Below the pieces are notes generated by a model that saw only the letters and a program-made list of their open reading frames with translations, did no database searches and was not told the origin of the DNA. Positions 55,043-64,000 of a stretch of DNA of 64,000 nucleotides are shown here, in pieces. The translations under genes and the position numbers were made by a program. Origin of the DNA: Owenia fusiformis (lineage: Eukaryota); contig CAIIXF020000001.1 of the NCBI GenBank assembly GCA_903813345.2, positions 19,406,001 through 19,470,000 on the forward strand, given 5' to 3'. How positions within the stretch are numbered: position 1 is the first letter of the stretch; every line of letters begins with the position of its first letter.

Positions 55043-55853
55043 TGCTTTGATATTGTATTTTTATTTTGTCGCATGAAAAAATAAAATAAGCAAAGTATAC
55101 ATTTTATATTTAAATGGTTTCTTATAGCCTAGTGAACACAGTACATTATACACGTCACATTCACAGGATTGAACTCCCGAAAGAGAATCGATCCTTTGAC
55201 ATCTAAAAAACTCTATATGGTGCTGTATTGTGGCTGCTTCATTCCACTCAGGTGTTGTTTCCTAGTGTTCAATAGAATAATTCAGCACACAATCCACGGA
55301 TTATATAATCAGATCAGCCCAGTCTTTGAAAAGGGTAAATTTCTACATGGTCTGATACATCCTATGTCCTCAAATAGTCTAAGTAGAATGAAAACGAAAG
55401 TGAAAGCGAAAGATGATAAGTCCACCAGATTACGCTGGAAGCGCCATCTTTAGAAAAGCTCAAGAGTAAACAAAAGTACAACTTTTCAAATGCTAAAGTA
55501 ATTCGTGTTTACAGGTGTTTTAGTAGATAAACAGGTAAGTTCTATATGCAGTAGTGTTCATAAGATGTCGAGCCATATGTATGCAACGTCGTTTGAGAAA
55601 TCCATCTGGTCAATTGGCGAATTTAGTAGAATCAAAATGTAGGTCATTTCTTTCAATTTTGTTCCCCAAATTTTGGGTGTGGTATATGGTTCTATGTGAA
55701 TCATCAACTGTTGTCACATGTACATTGACTATGTGAGGGGGGCATATATATTTCCTTACTGATTGAGATATTCTTATCAGGGATAAATACTGTTTCAACT
55801 GGTCTGTCACATTTAAAAACATCTAGAAATGTATTTTGATACCCCTGCTCGCC

Positions 55854-56422
55854 CTCGGGGGGTTCACTGTATATAAAACTCGACGGGGGTCCTAGGCTGA
55901 AGCCTCAAATATCAATATGTTCCCATACCAATCTGTCAAATTTCAATATGTTCCCATACCAACCAAAATAACGCCCAAAGGCCATACCAAATGTCCAAAT
56001 ATAGGACCAATGCCATACCAAATGTCCAAATATAGGACCAATGCCATACCAAATGCCGAATTATGGGACCAATGCCATACCAAATGTCAAAATGTAGGAC
56101 CAATGCCATACCAAATGTCCAAATATGGGACCAATGCCATACCTTAATTCAAAGTAAATGAAATATAGGATCAATGTCATACAAATTTGCAACTACTGGA
56201 CCAATGCCATACCACGAATGTTAGGTAACGTATCCACAACGACCATTCTCATACCAGAAGAGCAAAAGTCCGACCATTGCCATACCTCAGAAGTCAGAAA
56301 TTTCCGGTCATTCCCATACCAAATCCTAAAATATGGGTCCATTGCCATACCAAACGTTGAAAAAGGTACCCCACATGCGCCGAGGATCCCCGTCAAGGTT
56401 TATATATAGTGAACCCCCCGGG
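55854..56422 (-). mobile_element. MITE with CCCGGGGGGTTCACTGT TIRs and 8-bp TSD (copy 2, opposite orientation)
   Basis: Same TIRs, TSD TGCTCGCC (55846-55853 and 56423-56430), and an expanded 30-bp CCAATGCCATACCAAATG array. Confidence 0.85.
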
Positions 56423-57645
56423 TGCTCGCCATACCAAGGCGTTAGCATTTGTCTACTTCATTGTTTCCAATTTGGCAGCCCCGCTTTATGACAGGTGGAG
56501 TAACAGCCCAGGTAAATAAAACATCTAAACCTACCGCACGCGCTGACCTTTTCATAACCAATCACAGAGAGCTGGGATGAGCACATGCGAAATGTGTGCT
56601 CATCAACTATGAGATGACATCAGAGGATATTACCATATATAGAAAGTCAGCCATATTTCGACTTCAAGCTCTGATTGGCTTGGTGCGTTCAGAGATTTAT
56701 TGTTAACTCAAAGAATGCAGACGAAGTTCTCTTTTAAGAAGCAAAGGTGAATGATTGCAAAGGAATACACTAGTATTGTCAGTGCAGAGTGGATTTCTTT
56801 TTTTTGAAGGTTGTGAAGCTATGAACTTACATCATAGAAAGAGATACGCAAATGTATGATTTATATAATAATCCCAGATAATTCTGTTCATAAGGAGCAA
56901 GCAATCAAAAGCACAAGTGAGAACTAATGAATACATTACTAGTGTGCGCCTATATTTTTTACACAAGGCCAGAAGCGACTCATTTTAACCCTCCATGGAT
57001 GGTACTGTGGTACACCCCCGGGGGTACACCTTCACCTTTGTCCTAACTCAGGAATTACAACCAGTCTCTAGGTTAAGGGTAAAGAATAACCCCAGATATC
57101 CACAATTAAATTACATCGATCTACATGTATAGGTTTTGATGGATTATTATGTTTTCACAACCAGCATCAATATTATTGTTATTATCCACATTAAATGAAA
57201 CCCTCTGTTTGGACCTAGTCATACACTTGCTGTAACACCATAATATACATCCATAGACCATTGTATACATATTTTTTACAGATGAAAGAACTCGCGATTT
57301 TTACAATTTGATTTCAATTTGAATTCACAATTGTTTTCATTGTATTGTATTGAGAATGAACAATAGAAATATTGTTTTTTATTGTTAGAAATATGAAATC
57401 AAGCATCTGGTAGATCATTCATTAACCTTTATCATGTTTATGGTTGAGATGGTCCTAAAAGATTCATCATTGGTGTAATATTAATCTAAAAGGAATAGAA
57501 CATTTGAATTTGTGATACTGTACATATTATGTACTTCAATCCTACCCTTTTTCTGTCACCAATTTCATTAATTGTGTGAGTTAAAAAGGATGGGCCAATA
57601 TATGGTATATGATATTATGTTACAGGGTGGGAGTAGAGCAGCAAT

Positions 57646-59152
57646 ATGGGAGATGACAAACATATCAAGAATCCCATAGAGGTTATAAAGAAAAAACTAT
57701 TGAGACTTTGTAAATGTGGCTCAGGTAAGTTCAATAAGAATATGATATCTGTCAATGTTAACATATCTGTCACCATATTGGTATTATAGACATTGTTGCC
57801 ATACAAACCCACCCACCAATATATTCAGGCCCATAGCCAGGGTGTTCGAGGGTTCAAGCAGAAAATCTTTCAAAATCATGCAGTTTTTCAGCATTCTTAG
57901 CACTTTTCAAGTGATTTTGGGCATTCTTGAGCCAAAGTGAACCCCCTGGAATTTTTTTTAGAAAGTTAATCCCCCTTGGGAAATCCTGGCTATCGGCCTG
58001 ACATTTATACACATGTCCAAGTTTTCAAAATATTCAGCAAGGTTACTTTAGATCTGACAAAATGACAGATCTAAAAATGTAAAAGAAACAACCATGTCTA
58101 TAATGGTCAAAACGATTAATTGATTCATTATCCTTTTGTTTTAGGCTGGTTCATAATTGGATTAATACTATTCATAGTAGGAATTATCTTATTGGTTTAC
58201 TACACTAAATATTGGAACACTGAAAGATGGGAAAGGTGAGATAATAATTAATGAGAAACAAACCCCTAATAATCATATATATAATGAACGTACAACTTTT
58301 AAAAGGTGAGAAAGCACCATGGGCAACATTGAAAAACAAAACCCAAACTACTATAAATCATGAACCATATTCAACCAAAATGAAATCCTGTAAGGCCAAT
58401 AAGTGTGTTTCATATAATAAAAAGTAGATATACCTTGTATGTGTGGAGAAAGCCCACAATAGTATTACAATATCGTAACGAGAAAATGATTCGACTTTCA
58501 GGGGTTTAGCCTATGCTGGTGTAGGTCTACTGATTATTGGTCTTATAATCACTACAGTAGGAATAGTATTTTGTGTTGCACTTGGTGTCGTGTACAGGAA
58601 AAGAGAAGCCAGTTCTGTTAAAATGGTAATTATTATCTTTTATTGCTTTTTATATATCAGTATAGTATATGAGGTCAACAGAAAATTGACATCCATATTG
58701 TATTGTACTAGTATACTACCTTGTCACCTGATTGGTACATAACAGATGAAAACAACAACCAGATTGCAGATGTCTAAAGATGTCTATCTCAACAAATGAT
58801 AAAGCGAATCCCTTGAATTGACTGTCCATTCATCCATCTTGGGAGTAACTAAAATACTAATCTAGTGGATCAATTTTCTTTATAGTATTTGGTTCAATAA
58901 TAAAATGTACCGGTATATATAAATTAATATAATGATGATATGCAAAGATGTAACGAATTATTATTTCAGTTTGTACCACCAAAATATTCATATGGCGAGG
59001 CACCCTATCCCCAACAGAACTGGGGTGATGCTAAAAATCCACATGGCCCTCCCACAGATGGAGGAGCTCATCCTGCTGCGTCGCCTACTGCACCCCCTGC
59101 GGGAATGGTCGCACCAGAACAAATACAGATTGACGATAGTAAAGGAGTCTAG
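57646..59152 (+). CDS. Small two-transmembrane protein with a Pro-rich cytoplasmic tail containing PPxY (about 158 aa, 4 coding exons)
   Basis: Exons 57646-57724, 58145-58235, 58502-58625 and 58970-59152; GT-AG introns, phases 1,2,0. Translation: MGDDKHIKNPIEVIKKKLLRLCKCGSG-WFIIGLILFIVGIILLVYY-TKYWNTERWERGLAY-AGVGLLIIGLIITTVGIVFCVALGVVY-RKREASSVKMFVPPKYSYGEAPYPQ...GV*. A likely 5'UTR exon ends at 56746, with CCAAT boxes at about 56558 and 56674. Confidence 0.75.
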
Positions 59153-60051
59153 ATTTTAAAAGTGGAATGATATGGGAAGTGGCACACTGGCAGCTTTGAC
59201 TTTCAGTAAACAGGTGTAAATATGGCGAGACAGATATTACATTGTGGATAATTATTGTTTCAAGACCAGGCACTATATTGTATCATTCATACCTGCCAAT
59301 TCCTGTTTTAAATCAAGAGATCTCTTTGCAACATCTTGGTTGCTTGATTTCATGATGAAACTCTGCCTTTTTTCTAGACAAAAATCTTTGGATTTCCTTG
59401 ATTTTCTCCTGACCTTTTTCTAACCATCTTATATTTCAAATCATTTCATCTGATATTCTTATCAGCGATTTGCTGTTGGCAGGTGTTTAGTCAAGAGATA
59501 GGAATTGTTATTTCTTTCCACAACATAATATATAGTACAGTAAATTCAGATAAATGCCAAATACAATTCCCTTTACATTATTTCTCCTTTGTCTACATGT
59601 CACAAGTGCCCTACTTTAAAAGTAAGTGCACTGTGAAGTGTACAGGGTGATCACCTTGTAAAGGGGCATGGTCTTCTGGGTCACCCTGTAAGATGTTAAA
59701 TTGATTATTTTACTGGATTAGTGTAAATTACAAGTATGTAAACTGTATATACATTAGGGGTACCATGATAAAAGAGATCAAAAAATTAATATGTCTTTAT
59801 GATTTTGAACTCATGATATGATAGCAACAATATTTTACAGCATGAGATGAACTCTTTCAGATACACATGTAGATTGCTTGTGTGTTTGTGGTATCTATAA
59901 TACACATATACATGCACAGTACTTTGCATGGAGTGCAATTATGTTTTAACACCCATACTTGCAGTGAAAGCTCTCAGGATTACACTCCAACCCACAGCTT
60001 CAAGAAACTTCCCAAATATATAAAAAGCTTCATTAATTTATATGTTCTATA

Positions 60052-60551
60052 CAGTAGAACCTGTATATCTGAACACCTGGCTAATCCGAACACCTCCCAA
60101 TTTGAACACTTTTTTGGTCCCATTTTTTCCTCCCATTGACTCCCATGTTTAAAAAACCTTGAAATGTGAACACCTCCCAATTTGAACAGGGAACAGTCAT
60201 ATTTGAAAAATTCACCTGTCTAATCTGAACACTTTTCATAAAATTTCTGATGTTTCATACAAAATTGCTCAAATTTTGTCATGATATCAAAACTTTGGGA
60301 AATAATCTTGAATGGTCTCATTCATAATGGGGCTTTCCAGCATGACTAGATTCATTTGAATCAAATTTTCAAATTTCTGGAATGCCATAAAGCTATGTGG
60401 TCAAAAGAACTATAAATATTTACCGAGAATGTGTTCACATTTCTTCAGAATCCGAAATATTGCGAATGCAAAAACCTTGAAATGTGAACACCTCCTAGTC
60501 TGAACGCTTTTATCCAGTCCCAATGGCGTTCGGATTAGACAGGTTTTACTG
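60052..60551 (+). mobile_element. Shorter copy of the pogo/Tigger-type MITE
   Basis: Same TIRs and first ~190 bp as 29888-31128, TA-flanked. More decayed copies lie near 8930-9095, 21272-21426 and 40806-40945. Confidence 0.85.
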
Positions 60552-60925
60552 TATATATAATTGGGCTGTTTCCTCAAGTTGTGTGCTGGACTGATATGGT
60601 GTGACTTTGATATTTTAGCATTTAGTATATATTTATATGCTTCAATGCCAGTAACAGTTCACTTTGTTTATGCTTCCATCTTTTGTAAAGTAGCCAACTG
60701 ATTTTCTGGTCGGTTCCTTTGTAGGAATTTTATAGATTTTATAATGTACTTTGCTCTGGAGTGCAATTTGTATTTCCTTTGTTTTCTTCAGAAAGATTCT
60801 TACATTCTGGCAATATTTTATTCAGTCTTTTTAGTATAATATGGAACATCGCATAATATTTCACTTGTGGGATATTAGTTGTATTAAGTATTAGCGTATG
60901 GTTAACTTGCATAATTCTTTCGTTA

Positions 60926-62132
60926 TTATCCCACCGAACGAAGTTCGAGGGGGATATAGAAAAGCCGTTCGTCCGTCCGTTCGTCCGTCCGTCCGTTCTT
61001 CCGTCCGTCCGTTCGTCCGTCCGTTCGTGTGTCCAGGCAATAACTCAAATACCGGTTGACGGATTTCACTCAAATTTTATAGGCTTATGCCTTATGGGTG
61101 TAGGACCTCTGCTCGAGAAGGAATTTTCAATATGGCTGCCAAATTCAAAATGGCGGCCATTTTTCCCAAAAAATATAATCTTTGATAACTCAAATACTAG
61201 TGGATGGATTTGGTTCAAATTTTATATGCTGTTGCCTGAGTACAAAGGAGCCTTGCTCAAGAAGACATTTTCAAGATGGCCGCCATATTTAAAAATGGCG
61301 GCCATTTTTCAGAAAAAACGTTATGTTTGATAACTCAAATACCATAGAATGGATTTGGTTCAAATTTTACATGCTGATGCCTAGGGACATAGGAGCTCTG
61401 CTCGAGAAGGAATTTTCAAGATGGCAGCTAAATTTCAAAATGGCCGCCATTTTTCATAAAAGAACGTAACCTTTGATAACTCAAATACCAGTTGATGGGT
61501 TTAGTTCAAATTTTATATTAGAGACAAAGAAGTTCTACTCAAGAAAATATTTTCAAGATGGCCACTGAATTTCAAAATGGCCACCATTTTTCGTAAAAAA
61601 AACGTAATCATTAATAACTCAAATACCAGTGGATGGATTTGGTTCCAATTTTATATGCTGATATTTAGGGAAAAAGGAGATCTGCTTCAGAAGAAATTTC
61701 AAAGGCATCAGCTGAATTTCAAAATGGCTGGCTTTTTTCATAGAAAAAGTTCATCTTTGATAACTCAAATACCATTGGACGGATTTACTTCAAATTTTAT
61801 ATCCTGATGCCTAGAGATAAAGGAGTTCTGCTTGAGAAGAAAATTTCAAAGTGGCTGCTATTTATCGAAATCTCCGCCATTTTTCATTAAACATGTAATC
61901 ATTATCCTTGATAACCCAAGTACCAGTTGACGGATTTGGATAAAATTGAATATGCTGATGCCTTGGGACATAGGAGCTCTGCTAAGGAAGAAATTTAAAG
62001 ATGTCAGCTGAATTTCAAAATGGCAACCATGATTCATAAAAACATAATTTTGATAATTCAAATACCAGTATTTATCAAAACATGTTTTGTTCGGTGGGAT
62101 TTGCTACTCCGTGGAGTTGCTGTTTTTCTAGT
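60926..62132 (+). mobile_element. Second copy of the HINE-like element (about 7 tandem units)
   Basis: Same ATCCCACCGAAC...GTTCGGTGGGAT subTIRs, (GTCC)n microsatellite at about 60967-61027, and 3' hairpin GCTACTCCgtGGAGTTGC followed by CTAGTT. Confidence 0.85.
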
Positions 62133-64000
62133 TGGTACTTAGTTGTGAAAAATTGGTTAGGTCTTCCATCTTTCTCTTCAAGGGAAAATTTGCTTATGAG
62201 ATATACTTGACCTTAACCAAACTTGACTATGGTTCAGACTGAATTGAAATGGCTTAGTGTTTTAAGATAGAAATATTATGTTTACTTTAGAATTATTTCA
62301 GTTTTTCTATGTCAGATAGGTGATATTTCTGACATTTTATGTTATATATGTATATTTATGACAGAATATTTTACCCGAAGTGTACATAAATCATGTATAT
62401 ATTAGGCTTAGTGCCTGAACAAGTAAATATTATATATTCATATATTTTTCACTCTACCTCTATTATAGTTGACTGTTTTATTAATATTATTACATTGTCA
62501 GTCTAATGCATAGCTGCATGAAATGAAATAGATATTCTTATCATTTACTTAGGTAGTAACAGATATGGTTGTGGTTTCTTGGAGCTTTTTGCACGAGACA
62601 AATGTTAATTTACTGAAGACTTATCACTCATCATCAAGATTCATCGAATTTGATTTTAGTGGTAGCCCACAATTTAAGTTTGATATTAAAGTTTTATTAT
62701 ATCATATATCTATCTGATGTTAAACACTTACATTTTTGAAATTATATCGAACTCTATAAGATTTATTGTAAAAAAACTTAATTTTTAAATACAATTTTGG
62801 GGTCAGGTTAAACACAAGTTTGTGGTTTTTCAATAAATGAGTATTAAATATAATGATATTATTATTAAGGGCAACTGACCTGGGGTGCATCTTTCTACAA
62901 GGGCACCCAGGTCTATATGAGATTATTTTGTAAATGTTGATTTAAGCAGTTTGTTTTATCTTTCTGGACACCTTGTATTTTATACAGGGTGTCCTCAATG
63001 AATGACTCATTAAGACATAAGCTAAGAATGTCGTAACTTAAGTGATCCCACCACTGGATTTTGTGAATTGCTACTGTGTGAAGCTGTGCAAAGGGCAACT
63101 ATAAATGAATGGTAGAAGTTATTTTATTTCTTTTATCAAACATTTCCTGAAAACTCAATTGGGATGTTGATCTTGTTGACAACCAGATTGTGATTTAACT
63201 TTATACTTGTGATCTACGTCAAGTAAATCGGTTTTTAGATTTTTAACATTATGTCAGTGTAGATTTAGCCTGACCTTTTTCAGAAAACTTAAAAATCATT
63301 TGAAATTGAATACCAGAAAATAATGAAGAATATCAAGTTTCTTCTAGTAGAGAATTGCACACTGAATTTAAATATGTCATCTCATAGAAGAACATTTTAG
63401 TCCTTTATGGTTAAATATGCAAATCTAAAGTTCAAAGATATTTCAAAGTAGGACTGAGAGGTGGAGTACCCCAGGGGTCAAATATGGTCATCTCTATGAT
63501 CATCTCTGAACCCTTGGATACTGATTGGTCAAATGACAGAAACAAAATTTTGTAATGATAATTTCTGGTGTGTTTACCAATATAATAGCTTGTTATTTCA
63601 CGTCAAAATAAAGTAAGAAGTAATCGTACATCGGAAGAGGTGATTTGAGGTGGAATTGTACATCAGTTCAAACATCACATTGGTGTGTGGTAATCAGAAA
63701 CTAGATGGTGGAAATATACTACCAGAGCCTCTATTTGTCAAATCATTTAATCATAAATTTTCTGTTTGAGTGTCCTTTATTGAATAAATAATCAATCTTT
63801 TTTAAAAACATAACTTTTGTTTGTTTTCTTACAGTGAATAATCATTTTAAAAACAAACAATAATCGCTTTGATTTTATACAAAGTTCCTTTTTTATTTCC
63901 ATATTAAAATGGAATTAGCATTTTAGATTCTAATTATGTACACTATACAAGTCATATATATATATAAAACAATATAACTTAATTATAATAAAAAACCTTC

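Overview
AT-rich, intron-containing animal genomic DNA, most consistent with a marine invertebrate (possibly lophotrochozoan; the taxon is inferred, not proven). Seven protein-coding genes were reconstructed by hand from GT-AG splice sites with consistent reading-frame phases. They are: the 5' part of FAM135 (minus strand, runs off the left edge); complete NDUFB7 (minus); a 12-exon, 609-aa Fanconi anaemia group C (FANCC) orthologue head-to-head with NDUFB7; a 2-exon, 858-aa protein with a degenerate HSF-type DNA-binding domain, a Gln-rich region and an array of SIM/PxIxIT-like repeats; an intronless GT77-type nucleotide-diphospho-sugar transferase; a secreted Cys-rich protein (IGFBP-N/fungal-protease-inhibitor-like domain plus two thyroglobulin type-1 domains) whose first intron holds a young 5'-truncated non-LTR retrotransposon; and a 158-aa two-TM protein with a PPxY tail. 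Introns and intergenic DNA are dense with non-autonomous DNA transposons: Helentron/HINE elements carrying 147-bp satellite arrays, a hAT derivative, pogo/Tigger MITEs, TTAA-flanked elements, a CAC-terminated element with a 5-bp TSD, and a CCCGGG-terminated family with an apparent 6-bp footprint. A RecQ-like helicase relic and several minisatellites are also present. No rRNA, tRNA or CRISPR array was recognised. Homology calls rest on recalled family sequences, not database searches.
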